Positions 36,529-46,630 of a DNA stretch of 64,000 bases are shown one piece after another. Position 1 is the stretch's first letter. Every line of letters starts with the position of its first letter. Source of the stretch: an uncultured virus (IMG/VR IMGVR_UViG_3300046170_000408) (lineage: Duplodnaviria > Heunggongvirae > Uroviricota > Caudoviricetes); the IMG/VR virus record IMGVR_UViG_3300046170_000408; one strand, given 5' to 3'. A model generated the notes under the pieces. The model was not told the origin of the DNA. It ran no database searches and was given only the letters and a program-made list of their open reading frames with translations. Both the position numbers and the translations under genes were made by a program.

Positions 36529-38457
36529 AATTATTTTCATTTTATCAGAAACTGACATTGACTCATGCAATTCAATTTTCTGATTTATACCTAAGTCTTC
36601 TTTTAAAGACTCCCAAGTTAATTCTTTAGATTCGTTCTTGGCTTTTTGTTTTTTCTTAATTTCATCGAATTCTCCCTTCTTAACTGCTTTTAAATCTTTT
36701 GCAGCCTGGTCTACCTTCGTTTGATCTTCAGGAATCTCTTTATTTATTAATTCCTTCTCTCTATTTTTAAGATCTTCTTTTTTCTTTTTCAGATCTTCAA
36801 TTTCATCTTTTGCAACTTGTATTGCAGCTTCTTGGTCAGAAGATTTAGCCTCTTCGACTTCTTCTTGTGAACTCACAGCCTCTTGATAATTTGATTTTGC
36901 AGATCCAACATCGGCCTTTGCATCTTCAATCTCAGTAGTATCTCCGCCAAGCTCAGCTTTAGTTAATTTAGCTTGTGCAATTTCTAGTTTTTTTGACATA
37001 ACATCTGGGTGGTTTCTTGAATTTAATTTATCCATTAAACCCGGTAGTTCATCTTCTAACTTCTTAATTTGATCGTCTGCTTTCTTAAGATCTTTTGCAC
37101 TAGGTGGATCGGAAGCCGCTGCAGTTTTTTCTGCTTTTGCAATATCACCATCAACCTTTTTAATTGTATCAGGTATTTCTTCTAATTCATCCTCGTCATC
37201 TTGTAATGCCTTTTGAGCAGAAGCTAATTTATCTTGAGCTTTTTTAATTTCAGGATTTTTAGGTTCTTCTTTTCCATCATCTTTCATTAAAGCATTACCA
37301 CCATCTTCTGTATCGTCTTTAGTACTACCAGCTTTAGAATCTTTCTTTTCGTAATCTTCGCCCTTTAATGCAGCTCTTTGAGCCTTTAACTCTTCTAGGT
37401 AATCTTCTAAGTAGTAAATACCTTCTTGTGTTTTATCTTCTTGTTTTTTCGCTGCCGCTAGCTCTGCCTCTAATTTACTTTTTTGTTCCGGATTTGCGTC
37501 TGCTAGATTTTTCTTAATATCAGCAATTTTAGATTGTACAGGTGCAAGATCCTCATCCTTTTCTCTATCAATTTCAGTTTGAATTTTCTTAATATCCTCT
37601 TCTAACTTAGGATCTACATCTTTTGAAAGCTCTTTAATAGCTTCATCTGCCTCTTTAGACTTGGCTCCCATTTTCTTAAGCTCATCAGCAGCCTCTTTTG
37701 CAGCATCGGCTTTGCCCTTTTCTTTTGCAATTCTACCCTTTTCTCTTAGGCCTTCTAGCTTTACTTCATTAACAATTTTCTTTTTAGTATTGGTATAAAG
37801 CTCTCCCTCACTACCACCTGGCATATTATCTTCGTACTTCTTTAGGTCTTCATTAGCATCTTCTAAAGCTTGTTTTGCCTTCTCTTTTACCTCTTCGAAT
37901 TTTTCACTAAGATCTGACTTCTTCTCTTTAAGTGCTTTAATTGTGGCAATTGCTTTTTGTTTGATTGCATCCTTTTTAGGACCAGAAGCTTCATCCCTAG
38001 CGCGCTTCATTTTATCGATAGCAGCTTCTAGTTTTTTTACTGCATCATATTCTTTAGCGGCAATAATATCTGCATTAGCATTAGAAAGTAAATCTTTATA
38101 TTTACCTTTTACTAGAGCTAGACCCTTTACAAAGTTAGCCTGTTTCTTAACCCATCCTAATATTCCTTCTAGACTTTCGTTTAGTGGTCTATTTTCTTGA
38201 AAAAAAAAATCTTTATTTACAGTTTCACTAATTCTTTTAGATAAAGTATCTAAATTAGTTAATATAGCGTCGACATCTTTAAGAATATCTGCTCTAACTT
38301 CATCTCCTGATTTAACAGAAGTTTGATTAGTTGCAACCGTATTAATATCTATTTTTGTAGCTGGAACTGTATTTTGATCTGGATTAGAAATACTTCCCAT
38401 ACCAGATTCAAAGGCTTCCTGCATTAATAGAGGCTTTATTGGTTTACCTTTTGCCAT
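36517..38457 (-). CDS. large charged coiled-coil protein, probable internal virion protein
   Basis: K/E/A-rich; late promoter at 38491-38499; LNES/KNES/LHES possible prohead-protease sites. Confidence 0.65.
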   Translation of the reverse strand: MAKGKPIKPLLMQEAFESGMGSISNPDQNTVPATKIDINTVATNQTSVKSGDEVRADILKDVDAILTNLDTLSKRISETVNKDFFFQENRPLNESLEGILGWVKKQANFVKGLALVKGKYKDLLSNANADIIAAKEYDAVKKLEAAIDKMKRARDEASGPKKDAIKQKAIATIKALKEKKSDLSEKFEEVKEKAKQALEDANEDLKKYEDNMPGGSEGELYTNTKKKIVNEVKLEGLREKGRIAKEKGKADAAKEAADELKKMGAKSKEADEAIKELSKDVDPKLEEDIKKIQTEIDREKDEDLAPVQSKIADIKKNLADANPEQKSKLEAELAAAKKQEDKTQEGIYYLEDYLEELKAQRAALKGEDYEKKDSKAGSTKDDTEDGGNALMKDDGKEEPKNPEIKKAQDKLASAQKALQDDEDELEEIPDTIKKVDGDIAKAEKTAAASDPPSAKDLKKADDQIKKLEDELPGLMDKLNSRNHPDVMSKKLEIAQAKLTKAELGGDTTEIEDAKADVGSAKSNYQEAVSSQEEVEEAKSSDQEAAIQVAKDEIEDLKKKKEDLKNREKELINKEIPEDQTKVDQAAKDLKAVKKGEFDEIKKKQKAKNESKELTWESLKEDLGINQKIELHESMSVSDKMKIILSR

Positions 38458-38490
38458 CTTGCTTTTTGTTATTTTAAAATAATTCTTTTA

Positions 38491-39165
38491 TTATATATCT
38501 TCTTCTACATCGCTTTCTTGATCTAACATCCACTCTGGAGTCATAGCAGTCCATGAAAGCGCTCTATGGTCAGTATCATGTAGAAATAGTGTTCTATCCT
38601 TAATATGTCCACTATAGAAGTAATCATTATGCAATAGAGTTATATCATAGTCCATTCTATCTAGAATTTCATTAGAAATATGAAGACCACTAAGTGGGTG
38701 GTTATATTTACCATCTCCCCATCTACCTATAATAAACTTTAAGTGTGGATTATCCGGGATAGCACCTAATGCTGTAACATCTGCCATATAGCCATGCTCG
38801 CCGCTCCACTTCCAGCCTGCAAATAACTTACATTGTTCTGGTAAAATTGGTAATATTGTATTAAACGACTTAATTGGTTTTGCATCTACATCAACATAAA
38901 TGCCTCCCATTTTTTCTAATATTAATAATCTAGCTCTATCGCTAATAAACGCAGGTTGTAATAAATATTCACTATTAATCTGATCTTTCCATTTACTTAA
39001 AAATGGGTCTTCTTTAAACTCTCCCTCAAATATTTCTTTATTACCCCATATTATATGCTGCCAATCTGGATGCATATCTCGCATCATGTTAATATAGTGT
39101 TGATATTCTTTTGGTATGGGATCTGGGCCTATCCAGATCTGATGAATTATCTTAGGTAAATTCAT
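38491..39165 (-). CDS. glycosyltransferase family 32 (DXD)
   Basis: PKIIHQIWIG, SDRARLLILEKMGGIYVDVD. Confidence 0.88.
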   Translation of the reverse strand: MNLPKIIHQIWIGPDPIPKEYQHYINMMRDMHPDWQHIIWGNKEIFEGEFKEDPFLSKWKDQINSEYLLQPAFISDRARLLILEKMGGIYVDVDAKPIKSFNTILPILPEQCKLFAGWKWSGEHGYMADVTALGAIPDNPHLKFIIGRWGDGKYNHPLSGLHISNEILDRMDYDITLLHNDYFYSGHIKDRTLFLHDTDHRALSWTAMTPEWMLDQESDVEEDI

Positions 39166-39217
39166 GTATAAAAATAGTTTACTTATTATATATAGAACTT
39201 TTCTAAAGTTTAAAACA

Positions 39218-39247
39218 AAAAAAAGCCCCTCAAAAAGAGGGGCTTTA
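39218..39247 (-). terminator. intrinsic terminator after the major capsid gene
   Basis: AAAGCCCCTC-loop-GAGGGGCTTT plus T-run. Confidence 0.85.
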
Positions 39248-39269
39248 ATTATTTACATATAACTAGTTA

Positions 39270-40649
39270 TTATAGTAATGTAACATCCTGACCTAATGAG
39301 ATCGCGAATGACTCATATTGAGTTCCAGGGTGGAATCCAGCTTCAACTAATGCGTATCTAGATTTTACAGCTACTTTTGGAGCCATAGTACCTTCAACGA
39401 TAGCTTGTACTGATTCAGCCATTAAGTAAGGCATGAATACAAGACCTGGACCGTTACCGTCACCTTTTCTACCAACTAATACATTTAGATCACCAAATGC
39501 GATTGATGGATCAGTGTAAATGTTGATACCTGCTACAGAACCTAAAGGATAGATTGAACCTGCAACTTGGTTAACAGTGTTAGCCATTGGGTATGCAACG
39601 AAACCAGCGATAGATTGGATTGCAGAAGCAACCATACCACCTACTACAGCGAAGTTACCAGCACCTCTTCTACCTCTTTGTGCGATTAAGTTCGCAGAAG
39701 CTAAGATGTGAGTTAAAATCTTTCTGTGTTGGTCAGCTTTAGTTTCACCACCAGCTAAAGTACCAAATGATAAATCTCCAACGCCGTCATTAACAGCAGC
39801 TAAAGCTCTCATTTTTCCTAAGATGTGCTCGTTAATAGACTGAGTTAATTCGTTAGTTAAAACTGCTTCTACTTGAGCAACAGCGTCAACACCGAATTGT
39901 TTTAAGTCTTGTACTTGCTCTCTAGTTACAGCAGCAGCTACTTGGAAAGTCTCTGCAGAAACTGATTTAGAGAATAAGCTTAAGCCCATTACTTTATCGT
40001 TTTGTTGCTCACCGAAACCTCTTGACATTGGCTCGTAAGCAGCAGCACCAGCTTCAGCACCAGCACCAGAGAATCCTGGGATGTGGTCTTCTAATGCAGC
40101 AACTAGTTCAGCACCAGTATATCTGTCAGTAATAACTTGACCAGCATCTAATGCATCAACGATTTTGATGATTGCTTTACCATCGATTCTTGAGAAACCA
40201 ACTCTTACGTCAGCTCCTACTTTATCTGAATCTTTGTCACCATACTTGATGTAAGTTGGAGTTACAGAACCAGCAATCTTACCACCTTCGTATACGAAGT
40301 CTAAGTAAGAAAGTAATCCCATTGGTCCAGCCATAGGTACAACAGGTACTAGGTCTAAACCGATTGTTTGTGCAGCAACTTGCATCGCTAAAGGTAGTAA
40401 AGTTGGAGCTTTATCACCTGAACCGTCTGCGTTACCTGCAGTTGGGAACTTAGTTGCACCCATACCAAAGATGTTACCACCTGTTCCACCATTACCTAGT
40501 GTCATTACAGATGCATCTTCATAAAGCTTGTGATTGTGACAGTATTCTGACATCCAAGCTAGCTTTGAGCTTTCGTTAATTCCAGTTGCTTCTTCGATAA
40601 TCGGAGACCAAGTGTTTCTAACTTCAGCTTCATTAATTAAATTTGCCAT
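39270..40649 (-). CDS. major capsid protein (gp23-like)
   Basis: DLVPVVPMAGPMG, EQVQDLKQ, LTNELTQSIN, RRGAGNF, FMPYL, KSRYAL. Confidence 0.93.
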   Translation of the reverse strand: MANLINEAEVRNTWSPIIEEATGINESSKLAWMSEYCHNHKLYEDASVMTLGNGGTGGNIFGMGATKFPTAGNADGSGDKAPTLLPLAMQVAAQTIGLDLVPVVPMAGPMGLLSYLDFVYEGGKIAGSVTPTYIKYGDKDSDKVGADVRVGFSRIDGKAIIKIVDALDAGQVITDRYTGAELVAALEDHIPGFSGAGAEAGAAAYEPMSRGFGEQQNDKVMGLSLFSKSVSAETFQVAAAVTREQVQDLKQFGVDAVAQVEAVLTNELTQSINEHILGKMRALAAVNDGVGDLSFGTLAGGETKADQHRKILTHILASANLIAQRGRRGAGNFAVVGGMVASAIQSIAGFVAYPMANTVNQVAGSIYPLGSVAGINIYTDPSIAFGDLNVLVGRKGDGNGPGLVFMPYLMAESVQAIVEGTMAPKVAVKSRYALVEAGFHPGTQYESFAISLGQDVTLL

Positions 40650-40759
40650 TTTGTTAAATTGTTTTTTTAATGGTTTTGTTTAAACGTTCATTTCTGAACT
40701 CGACTTGCTTGAGTGTTCTGCTTCTGTCACTCTTTTATCGTCGATATTTTTATATATTC

Positions 40760-43030
40760 TTATTTATTAAATCTTTTCTTTAAGCCTTCAGCGTAGTTAG
40801 ACACATCATAAAGTGGCTCGTTCTTCTTTTCAGCAACTGCTGATTCGTTAACTACCGCTAACTTTTCTAGGTCAACTTTTACCTCTCTTAGATCTCTAGT
40901 TTCCCAGAAGTTTCTAACTTGATACTCAGTTTTTAGAGTATGGTAATTAGCTTGAGCTTTGATTTGATTTTGTTTTCCTTCAGTTAGAGCTTCAAACTTT
41001 TCTTTATATTCTGCAGGCATAGCTGAGATAAAGAATGGTTCAGAGTTTCTAGCTTCAACAACAGCATCTGCGTTTTCAATGATTGCACTGATTTGTGCCT
41101 CATTCATAAATGCTCTTTTTGTTACTCTATTTCTAACTTCAGTTTTAGCATCTTCGTTTAATGCATTGTAAGCTTCTTGTATAGAACTTGATACTACATT
41201 TAAAAATGCAGGATTTTCATTTTCTTTTACTTGTGCAGCTTCAACTAGTGCATCTAACTTAGATGAAATTTCTTTTTTGTAAGTATCTAAAGCAGATTCT
41301 TCAACTTCTTCAGTCTCTTCAACTTCTTCAGTTTCTTCAACTTCATCTTCTTCAGCTACTTCTTCAGCACCTTCACCAGCTTCATCTTCTTCAGCTACTT
41401 CTTCAGTTTCCTCAACTTCTTCAGTTTCTTCAACTTCTTCAGTTTCAGCAACTTCTTCAGCACCTTCACCAGCTTCATCTTCTTCAGCTACTTCTTCAGT
41501 TTCCTCAACTTCTTCAGTCTCTTCAACTTCTTCAGTCTCTTCAACTTCGTCTTCAACTACTTCTTCAGTTTCTTCAACTTCCTCAGTTTCTTCAACCTCT
41601 TCTGCTTCTTCTTCAGTAACTTCGTCTTCAACTACTTCTTCAGCACCTTCGCCAGCTTCGTCTTCTTCAACTTCTTCAGTCTCTTCAACTTCTTCAGTCT
41701 CTTCAACTTCACCTTCTTCGTGATGTGCTTCTTCAGTTTCTTCAACTTCCTCAGTTTCTTCAACTTCCTCAGTTTCTTCAACTTCTTCGCCTTCTTCTTC
41801 GACTACTTCTTCAGCACCTTCACCAGCTTCGTCTTCTTCAGCAACTTCTTTAGTTTCTTCAACTTCAGTAGTTTCAGTTTCTTCAACTTCTTCAGTTTCT
41901 TCAACCTCTTCAGTCTCTTCAACCATACTACCTTCATTAATTGAAGTAGCAATATACTCTGCATACTCAGATACAGATTGTAGATTTTCTTTTAAGTAGT
42001 CAACATAAGATAAAAGGTTCTTTGCAGTTTCAGAATGCTCATTATTACCTTCAGCAACAATCTCAGCAAAGTCTTTAACTTTACTAATAGATTCAGCTAA
42101 ATGCTCAGAGTATTGAATACCTTGATCTAATTTTTCTGCTACAGTTTCTGTATATGAAATACCTTGATCGGCTTTTTCAGCTACATGCTCTGTATATTGG
42201 ATTGACTCGTCTAATTTGCTAGCTAAATACTCTACGTATTCTGAGAGAGTATTGACGCTTTCAACGATGTGATCGTTATGAGACTTTACGTTCTCTAACG
42301 TGTCATCTTCGCTGTTTGCTCCGATTGACTCTTTTAGTGACTTGATTTCACCAGCTAAGTACTCAGAATACTTGTGGAAATCTTCAGCCTTTACAAATTC
42401 TGCCATGTTTTTATTATTATTTGTTTCTATATTGGTTTCTGTAATTTCTTGTGCTACTTCAGGAGCTTCTGCGCTCTCGCCGTTCATTTCGTAGATCCAT
42501 AGACCTGAGTTATCATCAAAGCCATAAGATTCATTTACTCTCTTTAACTCAGCATTAGCGAATCCAGGATCTGCTACTAAGTCATAAGTAAATAATTGCT
42601 TGATTTTAACTTTACCGTTAGATTCAACGGCACCAGCTGCTCTAGAAGAGATTTGTAAAGGTACTCCAGCATCAACAAGAGCTTTAGCTTGTCTACCAGC
42701 ATCAGTATCTAAAAGTCTGATTTTACCTTTAACGTGTTTGTTATCTTTGTCGTAATAAAGTTCTTCAATAATGTGTGAAACATTCTTAAGAGAAACATCA
42801 AACTGTTGTGGGTGATCTAACTCACCTAATAGTTTAGAAGATTTAATCTTATCTTGTAATTGCTGAATTTGAGGAACATACTCATCTTCAGTATAGATTC
42901 GATTATTTTTATTTTTAGCGTCAATTTCGCCAAAGATACCTTCTAGAATGTACTCTTTGTTTTCACCTTCAGCTACTTTTAACTGAGATGAAGACATTTC
43001 TACGATCAATAAGTCGTTTTTGTTTGCCAT
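40760..43030 (-). CDS. fused prohead protease (gp21) and scaffold (gp22-like) with acidic repeat region
   Basis: LEGIF...NKNNRIY...LGELDHP...ISSRAAG...YDLVADPG, followed by YxEY coiled-coil repeats. Confidence 0.9.
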   Translation of the reverse strand: MANKNDLLIVEMSSSQLKVAEGENKEYILEGIFGEIDAKNKNNRIYTEDEYVPQIQQLQDKIKSSKLLGELDHPQQFDVSLKNVSHIIEELYYDKDNKHVKGKIRLLDTDAGRQAKALVDAGVPLQISSRAAGAVESNGKVKIKQLFTYDLVADPGFANAELKRVNESYGFDDNSGLWIYEMNGESAEAPEVAQEITETNIETNNNKNMAEFVKAEDFHKYSEYLAGEIKSLKESIGANSEDDTLENVKSHNDHIVESVNTLSEYVEYLASKLDESIQYTEHVAEKADQGISYTETVAEKLDQGIQYSEHLAESISKVKDFAEIVAEGNNEHSETAKNLLSYVDYLKENLQSVSEYAEYIATSINEGSMVEETEEVEETEEVEETETTEVEETKEVAEEDEAGEGAEEVVEEEGEEVEETEEVEETEEVEETEEAHHEEGEVEETEEVEETEEVEEDEAGEGAEEVVEDEVTEEEAEEVEETEEVEETEEVVEDEVEETEEVEETEEVEETEEVAEEDEAGEGAEEVAETEEVEETEEVEETEEVAEEDEAGEGAEEVAEEDEVEETEEVEETEEVEESALDTYKKEISSKLDALVEAAQVKENENPAFLNVVSSSIQEAYNALNEDAKTEVRNRVTKRAFMNEAQISAIIENADAVVEARNSEPFFISAMPAEYKEKFEALTEGKQNQIKAQANYHTLKTEYQVRNFWETRDLREVKVDLEKLAVVNESAVAEKKNEPLYDVSNYAEGLKKRFNK
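41299..41922. repeat. coding tandem repeats EEVEET and EEDEAGEGAEEV
   Basis: Low-complexity TTC/CTT tract; DEAGEGAEEV unit present four times. Confidence 0.9.
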
Positions 43031-43092
43031 ATCTATGGTTTATCTATTTTTATTATATATCTACTTGTATTATGCAATTATCTTAATATCTT

Positions 43093-43443
43093 TTAGATGT
43101 CGGCCAGTGGATCTTCTTCTCCACCCTCTGCAGGTGCCTCTTCTTTTTCAGCTTCTTTCTCTGCTTCAGCATCTTCAGCCTCTTTATCTAAATAATAAGC
43201 TACTAAAATATCCATTTCGCCTTCGGCAAAGGCATTAACGCCATATTCTGAATAAAAGTATTCTTTAAATTCACCTTCTGTTTTAGAAGCAGTAATAGCT
43301 CCTAAAATTTCTGCTGATTTAATGGTTGACCCAGAATCTAAAGTAACGTCTTCGACATATATTTTAGAATCCTCTCCAGCCTTTAATGCATCTTCAGAAA
43401 TGAATTCCTCAAAGGTTCTGATAATTGTAAAATCGTTTTTCAT
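43093..43443 (-). CDS. acidic prohead core / internal protein
   Basis: Between portal and protease (gp67/68 position); IRTFEEFISE resembles the T4 capsid-targeting sequence. Confidence 0.65.
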   Translation of the reverse strand: MKNDFTIIRTFEEFISEDALKAGEDSKIYVEDVTLDSGSTIKSAEILGAITASKTEGEFKEYFYSEYGVNAFAEGEMDILVAYYLDKEAEDAEAEKEAEKEEAPAEGGEEDPLADI

Positions 43444-43476
43444 AATTTATATATCTCTTTTTCTATCGAATCTAGG

Positions 43477-45072
43477 TTAAATTGCGTTTGGGTCCTCTTT
43501 CTCAGGTTCCTCTGCATTATCTTTAGCCTCTTTTGCCTTATAGGCTTTATTAGCTCTAATCTCGTCGTCAGTTAATTTCAAGTATTTAGTTACTAGATAT
43601 TCTTGGTCGAAATAGTATTCTTCTTCCATAGTTTCTGGATTAGTTGTCATTAGAGAATCTCTCATGCTTGCGATAAAGTCTAATCTTAATTGCATGATTT
43701 CTTGCTCTTTTAATTCTGCAAATACATTCTCTTCATTAAACCTTAAAGCCACTTGAGTTTTAAACTGTGGATCGTTTTGGAACTCTGGATATTTAAGACA
43801 CATTTGAATATAAAGTGGTTTTACTAGTATCTCTTGGAAGACTGATCTTAGACGCTTGATAAACTTACCAAACTTAATCTCATCTCTTACCATACCATCA
43901 CCAGCTAAAGCATAGTCACCACCATCATCTTCATATAAGAATCTATTGTAAGGTATTTTAGAAACCTCTTTCATTTTATCTGAGAAGTATTTTAATGCTT
44001 CTGTATCAGATAGGTCTGGTCCTTCACCACCAAGAGTTTCAATTTCTGGTGTTTCACCATCTTTAGAAGGTAACCAATATTCTTTATTAAACTGTAGCAT
44101 TGGTTTACCGTCTGTTGTTAATGAGCCTGATTCGAAATCAAAGTCAACAACCTCTTTATAGTTATTCATCAGTTGAGCTAACGATTGTTTTGCTCTTGTT
44201 TTAGATTTACCACCAACAGGGATAATAAACTTCATTCTAAATGAAGCATTGGTCACTGCCCAGATTACTCTGGTGTGTTCCATAATTCTAAGTAGGTTAA
44301 ACGATCTAACCAGTCTCTCAACATAACTAACTCTTGAAGCAGTTGACAGGGAAGAATATGAAATGTAAATGATTTGAGAATCATATAACACTCTTTCTTT
44401 TACTGGATCGTCTTTATATTGTACCCATACCTTTTTACCATCGTCTTTATTAAAACCAGGCATTAGGGTTACTGGATCGATTTCTTTAAAACCTATAATT
44501 TCTTTTTGGTCTGGGGAATAAATTATCTCAAATGATAAGTAACCATCAACTAGGAACTTTCTAAAGAAGTACCATGCTGATTGTTCACCATTAAAACCAA
44601 AATAGTGATAGATTTGTCTAAAGTATTTGTTAAGGTCTTTATTAACCTGATCTGAGACATCGAGTCCCATAATTGAAGGTTGTGCAAAGAAGTTCTTTTC
44701 GTCATATACCACTGCTTCATCACAAAGTATATCTAGAATATCTTCAATTTCATCGTTTAATGAGAACCTTCTTAATTCTTCTCTTTTACCAGGGTAATCA
44801 ATATCAAAGAACGGTACGTTCTTCTTCATATTAATATCTCCCATGGATAGTGCAGCAAATGCACCATAAATATCATCATTGTCTAGGCCGAACGGGTTCA
44901 TCTCTCTATAGCCGAACTGGTCTTCCATTGGACCAATAGCTTGAGATTGTCTAAGTACCATGTCGTCATAACGCATACCAAAAGAACTTAGCGTCTTCAA
45001 TGCATTGGAGAGGCTAAATGGTCTTGAGTTAGAACTAAATGGTCCGTTTCTTTTTTCGGTAAATCCTGCCAT
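43477..45072 (-). CDS. portal protein (gp20)
   Basis: FLVDG, EIDP, EYWLP, EIETLGG, MVRDEIKFGKFIKRLR. Confidence 0.93.
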   Translation of the reverse strand: MAGFTEKRNGPFSSNSRPFSLSNALKTLSSFGMRYDDMVLRQSQAIGPMEDQFGYREMNPFGLDNDDIYGAFAALSMGDINMKKNVPFFDIDYPGKREELRRFSLNDEIEDILDILCDEAVVYDEKNFFAQPSIMGLDVSDQVNKDLNKYFRQIYHYFGFNGEQSAWYFFRKFLVDGYLSFEIIYSPDQKEIIGFKEIDPVTLMPGFNKDDGKKVWVQYKDDPVKERVLYDSQIIYISYSSLSTASRVSYVERLVRSFNLLRIMEHTRVIWAVTNASFRMKFIIPVGGKSKTRAKQSLAQLMNNYKEVVDFDFESGSLTTDGKPMLQFNKEYWLPSKDGETPEIETLGGEGPDLSDTEALKYFSDKMKEVSKIPYNRFLYEDDGGDYALAGDGMVRDEIKFGKFIKRLRSVFQEILVKPLYIQMCLKYPEFQNDPQFKTQVALRFNEENVFAELKEQEIMQLRLDFIASMRDSLMTTNPETMEEEYYFDQEYLVTKYLKLTDDEIRANKAYKAKEAKDNAEEPEKEDPNAI

Positions 45073-45101
45073 AATATAGTATTATTTCTGTTTTATATAT
45101 C

Positions 45102-45683
45102 TCATTTATTTAAGTGGTTTCTGAACATGGCTCTAATAGCTCCAATTGACTTACCATCTAGATCGGTAAAATCGCAAAGTGCCATTCTTGCCCAGTTTTC
45201 ATAACCTACAATTGCTTGTGATGTTTTACGACTAGGGATATATTGTCTAATCGCAAAATCAAATCCATATCTACCTAGAAATTGTTTTGCTCCATCCCAA
45301 CTAAAACCTAATGGTCTTTGAGATTTTGCCGGCTTTCCTTCTTGCCCTCTAATAAATCCTTGGTATCTTTCATATACCACATCTAATAATTCTTCTTTAA
45401 TATTAGGTGGTAACATATTTAGATTAATGCCACAATCATTATTACCTGCTGGATCTAATGATAATACACATGGGTTTCTATCCCACCATTCAGCATACTT
45501 AGGGTCATCATATCTAAATACATAAATTTGTCCAGGTCTAAATCTAGTGGCTGTTTTTTGAACCATGGTTTCTCTAATAGATTTCTTAGAATCTTCAAAC
45601 CAAGATTCAGCAGCGCCTTTTGCTCTAGCTTTACCACCAGCATCTTTACTTAACTCTCTTATTTGTTTTTTAACCTGGCCCAT
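45102..45683 (-). CDS. DNA end protector (gp2-like)
   Basis: PGQIYVFRYD...WDRNP...GINLNMLP...IRQY. Confidence 0.75.
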   Translation of the reverse strand: MGQVKKQIRELSKDAGGKARAKGAAESWFEDSKKSIRETMVQKTATRFRPGQIYVFRYDDPKYAEWWDRNPCVLSLDPAGNNDCGINLNMLPPNIKEELLDVVYERYQGFIRGQEGKPAKSQRPLGFSWDGAKQFLGRYGFDFAIRQYIPSRKTSQAIVGYENWARMALCDFTDLDGKSIGAIRAMFRNHLNK

Positions 45684-46162
45684 TATTTAAGAGTTTTTTC
45701 TGTTAAGACGATAAACCTCCATTTTCTATTTTCACACCATGCCTTTGCATAGGCATACTTATCTCTATTCTTAATATATTGTTCTGCTAAAAACTTATAT
45801 GAATTAAGTGCTTTTTTAGATTTTGTTTTAGGGGGTAGTGGTTTTTTGATCTGTGCTTCTGGCTTAATTTCAACTAGCCATTCAATAGGACCTTCCTCAT
45901 TTGTACCTTTAGTTTTCATATAGAAGTCTGGATAATAAGTATGTTCTCTCTTATCCATAGTTGAGCGGTATTTAATTTTAACCGGCTCGGAAGACCATTT
46001 TAATACATTTTCTTTAGTATCACACATAATACAAAACTTTCTTTCCCAGGAGGAACGATAAATGATTGGTGTTGGACCAATATATTTATCAGGATTTTCA
46101 GGCGTATAATAACCTTGTACAAATCCAGAGTTACCGCTGGGTTTTAAGTTCTTTATTGACAT
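45683..46162 (-). CDS. head completion nuclease (gp4-like, TnsA-type)
   Basis: PDKYIG...YRSSWE...WSSEP...YYPDF...VEIKP...FIVLTE. Confidence 0.9.
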   Translation of the reverse strand: MSIKNLKPSGNSGFVQGYYTPENPDKYIGPTPIIYRSSWERKFCIMCDTKENVLKWSSEPVKIKYRSTMDKREHTYYPDFYMKTKGTNEEGPIEWLVEIKPEAQIKKPLPPKTKSKKALNSYKFLAEQYIKNRDKYAYAKAWCENRKWRFIVLTEKTLK

Positions 46163-46539
46163 TAGATATTAAACATACCGGATTCACCATCACTATTCTT
46201 AGTGTTGATACGATCCATTGACATTGTATTTTTATATTTAGTCGGATGTATTTTATTCCAGCCCTTTGCATAACCACGCTTTGCTATTTCTGTAAAGTAG
46301 GCAAATGCATTAGTATACTTAGGGTTAAAGTTTCTCCAATACTTTAATAAATCTAATATTGCAAATTGTAAGCAGTCATTTCTATCATCCTCATTCAGGT
46401 AAACTAATTTTCTAATCGCTCTTTCAGAGAGTAATATTAGCATTTTTTCTGCATCGGGTGTTAATTTATCTTGCTCTTTAGATAATACGATCTGATCGTA
46501 TAAATCTCTATTGTTTAAATAATTCTTTTTTCTAGGCAC
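46162..46539 (-). CDS. late sigma factor (gp55-like), short
   Basis: NYLNNRDL...NFNP...NAFAYFTEIA. Confidence 0.82.
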   Translation of the reverse strand: MPRKKNYLNNRDLYDQIVLSKEQDKLTPDAEKMLILLSERAIRKLVYLNEDDRNDCLQFAILDLLKYWRNFNPKYTNAFAYFTEIAKRGYAKGWNKIHPTKYKNTMSMDRINTKNSDGESGMFNI

Positions 46540-46563
46540 AGTTTTCTTCTAATTGATTACTAG

Positions 46564-46603
46564 TTATATGAAAAAAAGCCCATTTGTTTCGAAATGGGCT
46601 TTT
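46564..46603 (-). terminator. terminator overlapping a middle-type promoter for gp55
   Basis: AAAAGCCCATTT-loop-AAATGGGCTTTT containing GAAAC-N17-TATAAC. Confidence 0.75.
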
Positions 46604-46630
46604 CCTATAAATTAATATAAAATGGAATGC

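Noticed and set aside
41299..41922. Repeat tract as a CRISPR array
   Set aside because: In-frame coding low-complexity repeats without unique spacers
41263..41944. Plus-strand Leu/Gln and Phe-rich ORFs
   Set aside because: Antisense shadows of the Glu-rich repeat in the scaffold gene
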